Source: Syntrophales bacterium
GTDB taxonomy: Bacteria; Desulfobacterota; Syntrophia; Syntrophales; PHBD01
Assembly: GCA_963668175.1 (NCBI GenBank)
Contig: OY764159.1
Span: 1,600,001 to 1,664,000 of the forward strand
Length of the DNA: 64,000 nucleotides
Direction: 5' to 3'
The stretch's first letter is position 1. Each line of letters opens with the position of its first letter. The position numbers were made by a program, and so were the translations under genes. Shown here one piece after another: positions 30,112 through 40,362 of the stretch. The notes under the pieces were generated by a model. The model had not been told where the DNA came from and made no database searches. It was given only the letters and a program-made list of their open reading frames with translations.

Positions 30112-31506
30112 TTAAGTGTAAAGATCCCGTTCCCCCTTTTCGATTCTTTTCAAGCGGCTTTTCAGATTTCTTTGGACGCCGGCCCTGTCCGTATCGGCGA
30201 CGAGCCGTTCGATGAGAGCGGCGCCCGTTTCCCTTGTCGGGGACGCCGCATAATCTTCGAGATACTCCTTAAAAGTCAGGACGGCATTCGTATGGCAGTA
30301 TTTCCGGATGAGGCCCGGTTTGGCCAGGTCCATGAAATCCCTTCCCGTCCGGCCGAGACGGTAGCAGGCCGTACAAAAGCTGGGTATGTGGCCCCGCAGT
30401 GTAATGTCGTGAATGACCTCGTCGAGGGTCCTCGTATCCCCCAGATTGAACTGGGCCGCCTGGAATCCCCCGTTCGAGCCTTCGCGATATCCGCCCGGAT
30501 TGGTCCTTGAGCCGGCACTGATCTGGGACACCCCCAGTTCGAAAACCTCCCGCCGCACCGCCGAGCTTTCCCGGGTAGAGAGAATGATGCCCGTGTACGG
30601 AACGGTCAGGCGGATGACGGCCACCAGTTTCTTGAATTCGTCGTCCGACACAGGCATCGGGGGCTCGGCGGCCACCGGCGCGTTCAGCGCCGCTTCGAGG
30701 CGCGGGATGGAAATCGTGTGGGGGCCGACGCCGAATTCCGCATCCAGGTGAAGGGCGTGCATCAGCAGGCCCAGAACCTCGAACTTGTAGTCGTACAGGC
30801 CGAAGAGGGCGCCGATGCCGACGTCGTTGATGCCGGCCTCCTGGGCGCGGTCCATGGCGGTGAGGCGCCAGAGATAATCCGCTTTTGCCCCCGTCGGATG
30901 CATCTTCTTGTAGGTTTCGTGGTGGTACGTCTCCTGGAAAAGGACGTACGTGCCGATCCCGGCCGCCTTCAGCCGCCTGAAGTCTTCCACGGACAGAGGC
31001 GCGATCTCCACGTTGATGCGGCGGATTTCTCCCCCGTGTTCCGTTTTGACGGCGTAGGCCGTCTCGATGGCCTCGATGAAATAGTCGAGGCTCGAAGAAG
31101 CGGGATGCTCGCCGCAGAGCATCAGGAGCCGCTTGTGTCCTTCCCGTTCGAGGGTTCTCACCTCGTCGGCGATCTGTTCCATGGTCAGCGCCACACGCTT
31201 CAGTTCCCGGTTGTCCTTCCTGAATCCGCAGTAAGGGCAGTTGTTGGAGCAGTAATTGGCGATATAGAGGGGGGCGAACAGGACCAGGCGGTTCCCGTAA
31301 ATCTTCTCCTTGATGTCCCGCGCTGCGGCCTGCATGGCCTCGATAAGCTCCTTGTCTTCCGTTTGAAGAAGAATAGCCGTTTCCTGCGGCGTCAGCCCCT
31401 TCAGCGCCCCGGCCTTCTCGATGACTTCCCGCACCTGCATGGGATCGGGGTGACGCGCATCCGCCAGGAGCTTTTCGATCTTCGCGTCATCGATAAAATC
31501 TTTCAT
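30112..31506 (-). CDS. hydG: [FeFe]-hydrogenase maturase HydG (radical SAM)
   Basis: FAPLY..NYCSNNCPYC, FQETYH, C-terminal CTAC-X22-C. Confidence 0.95.
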   Translation of the reverse strand: MKDFIDDAKIEKLLADARHPDPMQVREVIEKAGALKGLTPQETAILLQTEDKELIEAMQAAARDIKEKIYGNRLVLFAPLYIANYCSNNCPYCGFRKDNRELKRVALTMEQIADEVRTLEREGHKRLLMLCGEHPASSSLDYFIEAIETAYAVKTEHGGEIRRINVEIAPLSVEDFRRLKAAGIGTYVLFQETYHHETYKKMHPTGAKADYLWRLTAMDRAQEAGINDVGIGALFGLYDYKFEVLGLLMHALHLDAEFGVGPHTISIPRLEAALNAPVAAEPPMPVSDDEFKKLVAVIRLTVPYTGIILSTRESSAVRREVFELGVSQISAGSRTNPGGYREGSNGGFQAAQFNLGDTRTLDEVIHDITLRGHIPSFCTACYRLGRTGRDFMDLAKPGLIRKYCHTNAVLTFKEYLEDYAASPTRETGAALIERLVADTDRAGVQRNLKSRLKRIEKGERDLYT

Positions 31507-31520
31507 GTCGGTTTGTCTCC

Positions 31521-31769
31521 TCACGCCTTGATCGTGGCGGATTTCACCCGCAGGCCCGGCAGCGATCCCAGTTTTCCCGCGAGCGTTCCGATCTCGTCCG
31601 TGGAGGCGTGAACGATCACGGAAACGATATGGATGTCTTCAGGCCCGTAGGGAATGCCCCTGCGGCCGATAATCGCATCGCCGTGCTCGTCGAGAATGCT
31701 TTTGACCCACACGGCCTGCTGGTCGATGTCCGTCATACCAATGCTTACGACTCCGATTCTCTTGGGCAT
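31521..31769 (-). CDS. TM1266-family iron-only hydrogenase system putative regulator
   Basis: IIGRRGIPY, IGTLAGKLGSLPGLRVKS; sits between hydF and hydG. Confidence 0.85.
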   Translation of the reverse strand: MPKRIGVVSIGMTDIDQQAVWVKSILDEHGDAIIGRRGIPYGPEDIHIVSVIVHASTDEIGTLAGKLGSLPGLRVKSATIKA

Positions 31770-31781
31770 GGTGAACCTCTT

Positions 31782-33092
31782 TCACAATGCTGATTTTTCT
31801 ATCCGTTCCGCCGCCCGGGTCTTTCCGCCCGGAGGCGTCTTCAGGCTCTTCATCCGCCGGTCGTAGGCCGCGAGTGCTGAAGGGAAGGGAATGAGCACCC
31901 GCCGGATAACGCCCTGGAGGAACGATATGGCCAGACCGTAGTTCGTTATGGGGACCCCGGCCTCCCGGGCCTGCCGGATGCGGCCGAGCATTTCCCTGCG
32001 GGTCAGCATGCAGGCCCCGCAATGAATGACAAGGCGATAGTCCCGGAGGTTGTCCGGAAAATCCCGTCCTGCGGCGACGACGGTCTCGATTTCGCCTCCC
32101 GTGTATTGCCGCAGCCAGCGGGGAATCTTGACCCGCCCGATATCGTCCTGGAGGGGGTGATGCGAGCACGCCTCGGCGATGAGCACCTTGTCGCCCGGCT
32201 GCAGGCCGTCGATGGCGGTTACGCCCTCCGCGGCGGCGGCGAGGTCGCCCTTCTGCCGGGCGAAGAGGATGGAGAAGGTCGTACAGGGGATGTCCCGGGG
32301 AATATCGGCCGATACCTTGAGAATCGCCTGGGAATCGCAGACGGCGATGTCCGGCGGCTTCTTCAGGCAGGACAGAAGCGAGGGCAATTCCCTTTCCTTC
32401 ACGACCAGCGCCGCGGCGTCGTTGTCCAGGGCATCCCGGATGGTCTGGACCTGGGGGAGGATCAGACGTCCCTTCGGGGCCTGCAGGTCGATGGGCGTCA
32501 CCAGGACGGCGATGCCTCCGGGTGGAAGCAGGTCGCCGATAAGGGGCGGCGTCCGGAGAAAATCGTCCGGAGCCGTTTCGAGGAGGTGATTCTTCAGCGT
32601 CTCCAGATAAGCGTCCCGGTTTTTTTCGTTGCGGCAGGAAAGTGGGACGATGCGGTCGCACTTGCTTCTGAGCCCGAACAGGAAGCGGGTCGACGGTTCT
32701 TTCACGTCGGTCTTGTTGACGACGATCACGACCGGCGTGCCGTTTTCGCGGGCCCGCGCCAGGATCGCCTCTTCGTAAGCCGTCCATGTCTCCGCTTCCG
32801 TAACGAGCAGGATCACGTCCGCCCGCCCGTACGCCTCATCCGTTTTTTTCAGCCGGACCCCGGAGAGGTCGGAGACGTCGTCAAGGCCTGCCGTATCGAG
32901 GAAGAGCACGGGGCCGACGGGAAGAAGCTCCGCCGCCTTTTCCACGATGTCCGTCGTCGTTCCCGAGACGGGCGAAGTGACGGCGGCGTCCTGTCCCACG
33001 AGGAAGTTGAGAAGGCTCGACTTCCCCACGTTGGTCCTGCCGAAAAGCGCGATATGCAGCCTATTCCCCTTCGGTGTCGTCTCCATCGCCAT
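31782..33092 (-). CDS. hydF: [FeFe]-hydrogenase maturation GTPase HydF
   Basis: GRTNVGKS, DTAG, NKTD, PKGRLILPQVQ, CSHH...HCGAC. Confidence 0.95.
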   Translation of the reverse strand: MAMETTPKGNRLHIALFGRTNVGKSSLLNFLVGQDAAVTSPVSGTTTDIVEKAAELLPVGPVLFLDTAGLDDVSDLSGVRLKKTDEAYGRADVILLVTEAETWTAYEEAILARARENGTPVVIVVNKTDVKEPSTRFLFGLRSKCDRIVPLSCRNEKNRDAYLETLKNHLLETAPDDFLRTPPLIGDLLPPGGIAVLVTPIDLQAPKGRLILPQVQTIRDALDNDAAALVVKERELPSLLSCLKKPPDIAVCDSQAILKVSADIPRDIPCTTFSILFARQKGDLAAAAEGVTAIDGLQPGDKVLIAEACSHHPLQDDIGRVKIPRWLRQYTGGEIETVVAAGRDFPDNLRDYRLVIHCGACMLTRREMLGRIRQAREAGVPITNYGLAISFLQGVIRRVLIPFPSALAAYDRRMKSLKTPPGGKTRAAERIEKSAL

Positions 33093-34452
33093 ATCCCAAA
33101 GCCGTTAGCTGATAGGGCGAGAAGACCTTTTCCGTCAGGCCTCTACCCAGTTTCTCTTCCAGGAAAGCCCGCACCGTCTTTCCGTTTTCGTGTCTGAATT
33201 CCTCCATGACCGCCGCCGCCTTTTCGTATCCGATGAAGGGGAGCAGGGCCGTCACGATCATGGGGCTGTGGTCGAAATAGGCCCGGCAGGCCGATTCGTT
33301 GGCCGTAATCCGGCCGACGTAACCGTCCAGAAGGCCGTCGATGCCGGCGAGCAGATCGAGGGATTCCAGGAAAGCGTGGGCCAGGAGGGGCAAAAACTCG
33401 TTAATCTGCCAGGTCCCGCGGCTTGCGGCATCGGCGACGATGCCGTCGTTCCCCATGACCTTGATGCCCGTCTGAATCGCCGCCTCCAGGAGGACGGGAT
33501 TGACCTTGCCCGGCATGATGGACGATCCCGCCTGAAGGGCGGGGACGCCGATCTCCCCGGTGAAATTCAGGAGCCGCAGGTCGTTCGATATCTTGATCAG
33601 GTTGGCCGCATGGGCCTTCAGGATGCCGGATACTTCCACGAAGGGGTCGGCATTGGCCGTCTCTCCCGCCATGTTCTCCCCCCGCGAGAGCCCGAAGCCC
33701 GTCACGTCCCGAAGTTTCTCGACGACGACGAAGATGTAGTCCCGGGGCGCTGTAAGGCCCGTCCCGACGGCCGTTCCGCCGAGGTTGACGACGCGGAGCC
33801 GCTCTTCGCATTTTGCCGTCCGCCAGCGGTCGCGCGCCAGCGCTTCCGAGAAGGCCGAGAATTCGATGCCCAGCGTCAGGGGGACCGCCTCCTGCAATTC
33901 CGTCCGTCCGATCTTTACGATGCGGCCGAACTCCTTTTCCCTGTCCTGAAAAGCGCCCTGGAGCCGGGCAATGGCCCTGCTCAGGTTGCGCAGGCCGGCG
34001 ATGCCGGCGATCTTGACCGCCGTCGGGTAGACGTCGTTCGTGGACTGGTGGAGATTGACGTCTTCCAGGGGATGGACCAGCGCGTAATCCCCCTTTTGCC
34101 CGCCGAGAAGCTCGATGGCCCGGTTGGCGATCACCTCGTTGACGTTCATGTTCGTGGACGTTCCCGCGCCTCCCTGGAGGGCGTCCAGGGGGAAATGCTC
34201 CAGCAGCCGGCCGTTCAGCATTTCTTCACAGGCGCCTAGAATGGCCGGGACTTTCCGCCCCGTAAGATATCCCGTTTCGGCGTTCGCCAGGCAGCAGGCC
34301 TTCTTCACCAGGACGAGCGCCTTGATGAGCGAGGGACGCACGCGATACCCGCTGATCGGGAAATTACGGACGGCCCGCTCCGTGTGAATCCCCCAGTAAG
34401 CGTCGCGGGGCAGCGCCATTTCGCCGAGAAAGTCTTTTTCGATACGGTCCAT
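33061..34452 (-). CDS. aspA: Aspartate ammonia-lyase
   Basis: RIEKDFLGE, GGAGTSTNMN, QSTND, GSSIMPGKVNP. Confidence 0.88.
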   Translation of the reverse strand: MDRIEKDFLGEMALPRDAYWGIHTERAVRNFPISGYRVRPSLIKALVLVKKACCLANAETGYLTGRKVPAILGACEEMLNGRLLEHFPLDALQGGAGTSTNMNVNEVIANRAIELLGGQKGDYALVHPLEDVNLHQSTNDVYPTAVKIAGIAGLRNLSRAIARLQGAFQDREKEFGRIVKIGRTELQEAVPLTLGIEFSAFSEALARDRWRTAKCEERLRVVNLGGTAVGTGLTAPRDYIFVVVEKLRDVTGFGLSRGENMAGETANADPFVEVSGILKAHAANLIKISNDLRLLNFTGEIGVPALQAGSSIMPGKVNPVLLEAAIQTGIKVMGNDGIVADAASRGTWQINEFLPLLAHAFLESLDLLAGIDGLLDGYVGRITANESACRAYFDHSPMIVTALLPFIGYEKAAAVMEEFRHENGKTVRAFLEEKLGRGLTEKVFSPYQLTALGYGDGDDTEGE

Positions 34453-34509
34453 TTCCTCATCACTCCGTATGGACGGTGATTTCTTATGCAGTGATAAGCC
34501 TCTGGGGCC

Positions 34510-36078
34510 TTACGCAAGCACCATGCGCGCCGCCTTTTGGACTTCCGCCGGGGCCTTCGACAAATCCGGCCGGAGTCCGTCTGCAGGGTCCCCGGGCGGA
34601 GGTCCTTCAATGCTGCCGCCCAGCGGCAGGTAGACATAGAAGGACGTTCCGGTGCCTTCGGCGCTTGTCACTTCCACCCTGCCGGCGGCACGCTCGATCA
34701 GTTTCTTGACGATGGACAGCCCCAGCCCGTTCCCCTCGATCGCGCGTGTTTCCGGGCGCTTTTCCCGGTAAAACTCGTCGAATATCTTCGGCAGGCTCTC
34801 CGTCCGGATGCCGAGCCCGGTATCCCTGATGCTGATCAGGGCTTCGCCCGCGTTGCTGCGCATGATCCGGACCTGGATCCTGCCTCCGTCGCGGTTGTAT
34901 TTGATGGCGTTGCCGATCAGGTTCGTCAGGATCGTCCGCAGGTCATCCGGCCGGATCATGACGCCGGGCAGGTCGTTCGCCGAATCGACGGTGTAATGTA
35001 TCCTCCGGGCTTCAGCCTGTGCCTGGTAGAGGTCCCATATCTCTTCCAGCATGGCCTTGGGATCGACGGCCTGCAGCGGCGGTCCCTTGCGGCCTTCCAT
35101 TTCGATCTGCGTAAGGGACAGGAGATTCCCGATCAAATCCACCAGGTCGTCCAGGCGTTTTTCGGACCGTTCCAGAAGCGGCAGATAGGGTGTTATATCG
35201 TCCCCGAGGCTCCGGTCGCGGGCGACCTCCAGCATGCCTTTGACCGCCCCGAGAGGCGATCGAAACTCGTGGATGATCGTCCGGATGAACCTGGTTTTTT
35301 CCAGTGTCAGGCGGCGGATTTCCGAAATGTTCGAGGCCGTCAGGATATGCCCCAGGCTCTCCCCGCCGTCGGAATAGAAAGGCGACAGACTGACCATGTA
35401 GCGGCGGTCTTCGATTTCGATGTCGTAGACGCTGCGGCCGGCGATGGGAGCAACGATGGCCTCCTGAACCGCCGCAAAAGGCGAAGCCGCCAGTATGCCC
35501 GCCGCCGGCTGTCTCAGAAGCCTGTCCTCCTCGACGCCGAGAATCCTCACCATGGCCCGGTTGACGAGGACGATTTCCCCGTCCCGGTTGATGACCAGGA
35601 CGGCGTCGCGGAGATTCGCAACCAGCGAATGCGTTTGGCTCTTTTCCGAGGCGAGCTCGAAAAGGCTGGCTTCGTGGGCGAGCCTGAGCCGGGCCGCGTC
35701 TTCCCGGAGCTTCTTGTGTCGCAGGACGGTTTCGATCACGCCTATGAGATCGTCGGGCGAAAAAGGTTTCGGCAGAAAGAAATCGCATCCCTGCCGTGTG
35801 GCGGCGATGGCCGTTTCGATATTGGCATAGGCCGTAATCATGCAGGTCATGGCCTCCCGGTCCCGCGACTGGATCGCCTGCAGGAGCGTCAGCCCGTCGA
35901 TATCCGGCAGGCGGTAATCGATCAGGATCACATCGAACCGGCTGCGGTCCAGGGCCGTAAGGGCTTCCTGCCCCGTCTTGGCCTCCTCCGAATCGTAGCC
36001 TTCAAGGTCGAGGATTTGATGAATGCCCGTCCGGACGCCGTATTCATCGTCTATAATCAATACCCTGCCCTTGCTCAT
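34510..36078 (-). CDS. Receiver-PAS-histidine kinase
   Basis: IIDDE..IDYRLP..PKPF receiver, PAS, HEFRSPL, NLIGNAIKYN, DTGLGI, GNGLGL. Confidence 0.9.
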   Translation of the reverse strand: MSKGRVLIIDDEYGVRTGIHQILDLEGYDSEEAKTGQEALTALDRSRFDVILIDYRLPDIDGLTLLQAIQSRDREAMTCMITAYANIETAIAATRQGCDFFLPKPFSPDDLIGVIETVLRHKKLREDAARLRLAHEASLFELASEKSQTHSLVANLRDAVLVINRDGEIVLVNRAMVRILGVEEDRLLRQPAAGILAASPFAAVQEAIVAPIAGRSVYDIEIEDRRYMVSLSPFYSDGGESLGHILTASNISEIRRLTLEKTRFIRTIIHEFRSPLGAVKGMLEVARDRSLGDDITPYLPLLERSEKRLDDLVDLIGNLLSLTQIEMEGRKGPPLQAVDPKAMLEEIWDLYQAQAEARRIHYTVDSANDLPGVMIRPDDLRTILTNLIGNAIKYNRDGGRIQVRIMRSNAGEALISIRDTGLGIRTESLPKIFDEFYREKRPETRAIEGNGLGLSIVKKLIERAAGRVEVTSAEGTGTSFYVYLPLGGSIEGPPPGDPADGLRPDLSKAPAEVQKAARMVLA

Positions 36079-36120
36079 GGATGCTACTCCGCTTCTCCCC
36101 GTGAGGTTCGTCAGGACGCG

Positions 36121-36525
36121 CTATTTGGCGGCCGACGTCTTCTGTTCTATGACCTTGAGTAATTGCAGCCCCGTGACCGGTTTATCCAGAAACGTGTCGA
36201 CCCCGGACCATTTCTTGAGCTCCGCGGCATCCTGATCGAAGCGGCGTCCCGTTGCGGAAGCGACCCCCGACAGCATGATCAGGGGAACGTCCCTGAACCG
36301 CTCCACCGAACGGATCTTCCTGGCCAGGGCAAAACCGGAATCGTAGTGCTCCATCATCAAATCGAGGATCATGACGTCAGGCGTCTCTTCTTCCAGAAGC
36401 TTGAGGGCCTCCTGGTCGTCTTCCGCCGTCAGGACGTCGTAGCCCCTGCTTGAAAAGAAAATAGACTGACTCGTAAGAAAATCGCGGTCGTCATCGACAA
36501 ACATAATTTTTTTTGCAGCACTCAT
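36121..36525 (-). CDS. Single-domain response regulator
   Basis: FVDDD, LDLMM, LSG, DKP. Confidence 0.88.
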   Translation of the reverse strand: MSAAKKIMFVDDDRDFLTSQSIFFSSRGYDVLTAEDDQEALKLLEEETPDVMILDLMMEHYDSGFALARKIRSVERFRDVPLIMLSGVASATGRRFDQDAAELKKWSGVDTFLDKPVTGLQLLKVIEQKTSAAK

Positions 36526-38543
36526 GACAATACGCTCCTCCCTGCCATAGCCTGGTATTTCGGCAATTCGATATGAAAGGTGGTTCCCGATCCGACCTCC
36601 GACTCGCACCAGATCGTTCCGTAGTGCATTTTCACAATACCGTAGCAAATGGGGAGTCCCAGGCCGACCCCTTTGCCGATCCCCTTGGTTGTGAAAAAAG
36701 GCTGAAATATCCTTTCCTGGTCTTCCGTCGGTATCCCGCAGCCCTGATCGGCAATGGAGACACGGATGTGGGCACTGTCCGGCATCGTTTCGGCGCTTAT
36801 CCGGATCTCCCCTCCCTTGCCCCCCATGGCCTCATGGGCATTTTTGATGAGATTCACAAAAACCTGAGTCATTTGGTCCCTGTCCATGTCGCACGATATT
36901 TCCGGCGTCTGCGCGCAGCAGTTTATCGCGATGCCCGTCTCGGACGGCGAGGACGCCGAAAACGACGTTGTGACGATGTGGCGCAGCAATTCCCCGACAT
37001 TCACGGTTTCCAGCCGGATGCGGTTCTGGCGAGCGAAGTCCAGCAGGCCGCCGACGATCTTCTTGCACCGCTTAGCCTCCGCCACCAGAAGATCGAGATC
37101 GTGGTCGAGGTCGCCCCGGTCTTTCAGCTTGCGCTGCAGCAGATTCGTGTAGAGGAGAATCGTGCCCAGGGGATTGTTGAGTTCATGGGCCACGCCGGCC
37201 GCCAGCTGTCCCATGGATGCCAGCTTTTCCGTATTGATCAGGTGGCGGTGCACCTGGCGGATTTCCCCCCAGGGGAGGTGCAGGTCGTGGCAGACCCGCT
37301 CTGCCTGCTCGATCATGAAGGGCAGGCACATGGCCTCCTCCGCCAGCCCGTGGTGGACCGCAACGGCCTTGGCGCGGCAGGTGTCGTATCCGCAGGCCTT
37401 GCAGTTCAGTTCGTCTTCGATCGTGAATTTGTTCGTAAGGGCGAGAATCGCCCGTATCTCCTGCTCCGTCGGTTTCTCAAGCCTGTGGTCGTCCTTGTCG
37501 AAGGAGCGCGTAAGCCCGATTTCCGCATACTGTTCCATGGCCTGCTCCCGGCCGGGGTTGTCTTGATCGTGGCGGCGGCATTCGTTGACGTACTGCTTGA
37601 CGATATCCTGACGGTTGAACGGAAAGTCGCGGGTGCTCATGCCCGGGCCGTCGTGGCAGCCCCGGCAGATCAAGGGTTCGATCAGGAACGGTTGGATCTC
37701 CCTGCGCGCGGCCGCCGCCAGGACGGACGTCACTTCCTGCTGCCCGCTGATCGTTACGATATTGGCGTCCAGGAGGTCTGCTTCCATCCGGGCGCTTTTG
37801 AGGAGCCCGCCGCTTAAGGGAAAAGCCCGTCCCATGCCGGCCAGCGGCGGATCGAACCACCGTTCTTCAAGGTCTCTATGGTAGTCGCGTTTGCGGCGAA
37901 AGAGGGATTTCAATTCCCGGAAGGTCAACACTTCGTCGATGACCGGCGGCACCAGGGGGTCCCGGGCCTCCAGCTTCTTGGCGATGCAGGGGCCGATGAA
38001 AATGCAGCGCGTATCCTTGCCGTACATCGATCGGACGGCAAGGCCCGTGGCGATCATGGGGGAGACGATGGGGACGAGCCGGTCGGTGAAGTCCGGCTGG
38101 TATTTGCGGACGTACTCGATCACGGCCGGGCAGGAGGAGCCTATCCAGGGGCCTTCCGCATGTGTTTCGAGGAATTCCCGGTAAGCGCGGCTGACCAGGT
38201 CCGCGCCGAAGGCGACTTCGACGACGTATTGGAAGCCGGCGGCCTTCAGCGCGCCGATGATGCTGCCCGGCTTGATGCCGGGGAATTCGGCCGGGAAGGA
38301 AGGCGCAAGGAGGGCCGCGACGGGGGACCCCTCCCCGAGAATTTCTTCGGCCCGTTCCAGCCCGCCTGCGTAAGTTTTGGCGTCCTGCGAGCAGACGATC
38401 GTGCAGTTGCCGCAGGAGATACAGCGGCCGGGAACGACCGATGCCTGCCCGTCGACGATCTTGATCGCCTTGACGGGGCAGTCCCGCACGCAAGTGAAGC
38501 AGCGCCGGCAGTTCTGTTTTATGGTCAGTATCGCTTCGAACAA
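36522..38543 (-). CDS. Sensory (group C-type) [FeFe]-hydrogenase fused to histidine kinase
   Basis: 2x[4Fe-4S] N-terminus; H-domain motifs SSCP, GPCIAKKLE, EPLICRGC; CKACGYDTC FeS; HELNNPLG, NLIKNA, FFTTK, GVGLGL. Confidence 0.88.
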   Translation of the reverse strand: MFEAILTIKQNCRRCFTCVRDCPVKAIKIVDGQASVVPGRCISCGNCTIVCSQDAKTYAGGLERAEEILGEGSPVAALLAPSFPAEFPGIKPGSIIGALKAAGFQYVVEVAFGADLVSRAYREFLETHAEGPWIGSSCPAVIEYVRKYQPDFTDRLVPIVSPMIATGLAVRSMYGKDTRCIFIGPCIAKKLEARDPLVPPVIDEVLTFRELKSLFRRKRDYHRDLEERWFDPPLAGMGRAFPLSGGLLKSARMEADLLDANIVTISGQQEVTSVLAAAARREIQPFLIEPLICRGCHDGPGMSTRDFPFNRQDIVKQYVNECRRHDQDNPGREQAMEQYAEIGLTRSFDKDDHRLEKPTEQEIRAILALTNKFTIEDELNCKACGYDTCRAKAVAVHHGLAEEAMCLPFMIEQAERVCHDLHLPWGEIRQVHRHLINTEKLASMGQLAAGVAHELNNPLGTILLYTNLLQRKLKDRGDLDHDLDLLVAEAKRCKKIVGGLLDFARQNRIRLETVNVGELLRHIVTTSFSASSPSETGIAINCCAQTPEISCDMDRDQMTQVFVNLIKNAHEAMGGKGGEIRISAETMPDSAHIRVSIADQGCGIPTEDQERIFQPFFTTKGIGKGVGLGLPICYGIVKMHYGTIWCESEVGSGTTFHIELPKYQAMAGRSVLS

Positions 38544-38573
38544 AGTATCCTCGCTTTCGCCTCCGCCGGCGGA

Positions 38574-40298
38574 TTAACGCGTGTCTCCGGTCTGCCGCTC
38601 CGCTTTCCTGCGATCCGTGTACTGCCTGTGGAGAAGCCGGTGACTGGCATGACTCAGGGGTTTTCCCAGCACATCGCGATAGAGGGCTTTCACTTGCTCG
38701 TTTTCGTGAGACAGCCGTACCTCGGACTTTTGGTCCGTATCGTAGATCCGCTTCAGGCGCTTCCTGACGCCTTCGAGGTCGGTATCGTAGGGCTGTCCGC
38801 CGCCGCCGACGCAGCCGCCGGGGCAGGTCATGACCTCAATGAAGTGAAGAGACGGGCCGCCGGAGTTCATCGAATCGATCAATGCCTTGACTTCGCCCAG
38901 GCCGTTGACGACGGCGAAGTTGAGGGTTGCCCCTCCGATTGCGAGGGAGAAAACCTTGAGATTATCGAGGCCGCGGGCGGGCATGACTTTGAGCCCCCCC
39001 TTGAGTTCTTCCCCGGTCAGCAGTTTGTGGGCGGTGCGGATGGCCGCCTCCATGACGCCGCCCGTTGCGGCGAATATCCGTCCGGCTCCGGTGGCTTCTG
39101 CAAAAGGGGTATCCAGAGACCCCCGCGCCCCCTTGGGCGACAGGGATGTTCCGAAACGGCCGAGGAGTTCCTTCAGTTCCCGCGTCGTGAGGACCGCATC
39201 GACATCGCCCAGGTCCTGCGCTTCGAACTTCTTGGCGGTGCAGGGCATGATCGAGACGGAGAAGACGCGCTTGCTGCCCGTATCGGCCTTGGCCGGATAG
39301 AATTCCTTGATGAGGGCGCCGCCCATCTGCTGCGGCGATTTACAGGTGGAGAGATGCGGGATCAGCTCCGGCCGGTGAAGCTCCACGTACCGGACCCAGC
39401 CGGGAGAGCAGCTCGTAAACATCGGCAGGGCGCCGCCCGTCTTCACGCGTTCGATCAGTTCCGAGACTTCCTCCATGATCGTCAAGTCCGCCATGAAAGA
39501 CGTATCGAAAACAGCCGCGAAACCGATGCCCTTAAGGGCTCCGGCGAGGATCTCCAGAAGATCCGTCACCGATTTTATTTCCACGTCTTCCAGGAGCGTC
39601 ACCGGAACCGCCGGCGCCACCTGGGCGACGACCGTCGTGTCGGGGTCGGCAAGTGCCCTGATCACCATGTCGACATGGTTCTTTTCCGTCAGGGCGCCCG
39701 TGGGACATACGCGCACGCACTGTCCGCAGTAAATGCATCCCGATACGTTCAGCCCTTTATAGAAGGCCGGATCGATCCTGGTGTCGTAACCCCGCGCCGT
39801 GAAGTCGATGGCGCCGACGCCCTGAACGCCGTGGCATACCGCCACGCACCGCCCGCAGAGGATGCATTTGCTGGGTTCCCTGACGATCGACGGGGAAGAG
39901 ACGTCGATCGGGTGGGTTTTCTTCTTTCCGGAGTACCGCTTCCTGTTGACGCCCAGATCGGAGGCGAGCGAAGACAGTTCGCAGCTGCCGTTGCGGGGGC
40001 AGAAGAGACAGTCGTCGGGATGGCTGGCCAGGAGCAGCTCCAGGATATTGCGCCGGGCCGCCTGAATGCGCGGCGTATGGGTCCGCACCGTCATTCCGTC
40101 CCGGGCGACCGTCGTACAGCTCGTCTGCATGCGCGGCAGGTCGTCCACCTCCACCACGCACAACCGGCAGGCGGCGGGCTGTGAGTGCGCACCCTCAAAG
40201 GTGCAAAGGTGAGGGATTTCGATGCCCGCGCGGCGGGCGGCCTGGAGAATTGTTTCGTTGGGTTTCCATTCGATCTGCGTATTGTTGATGGTTATCAT
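38574..40298 (-). CDS. hydA: [FeFe]-hydrogenase catalytic subunit (group A3-type)
   Basis: [2Fe-2S], His-ligated and 2x[4Fe-4S] motifs; TSCSPGW, MPCTAKKFE, EVMTCPGGCVGGGGQP. Confidence 0.95.
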   Translation of the reverse strand: MITINNTQIEWKPNETILQAARRAGIEIPHLCTFEGAHSQPAACRLCVVEVDDLPRMQTSCTTVARDGMTVRTHTPRIQAARRNILELLLASHPDDCLFCPRNGSCELSSLASDLGVNRKRYSGKKKTHPIDVSSPSIVREPSKCILCGRCVAVCHGVQGVGAIDFTARGYDTRIDPAFYKGLNVSGCIYCGQCVRVCPTGALTEKNHVDMVIRALADPDTTVVAQVAPAVPVTLLEDVEIKSVTDLLEILAGALKGIGFAAVFDTSFMADLTIMEEVSELIERVKTGGALPMFTSCSPGWVRYVELHRPELIPHLSTCKSPQQMGGALIKEFYPAKADTGSKRVFSVSIMPCTAKKFEAQDLGDVDAVLTTRELKELLGRFGTSLSPKGARGSLDTPFAEATGAGRIFAATGGVMEAAIRTAHKLLTGEELKGGLKVMPARGLDNLKVFSLAIGGATLNFAVVNGLGEVKALIDSMNSGGPSLHFIEVMTCPGGCVGGGGQPYDTDLEGVRKRLKRIYDTDQKSEVRLSHENEQVKALYRDVLGKPLSHASHRLLHRQYTDRRKAERQTGDTR

Positions 40299-40362
40299 CT
40301 TGGCATTTCCTTTTTAGTAGTAAGCCGAATCCGGTTCATCCGTCCCCGGTCCCTGACGCGGG

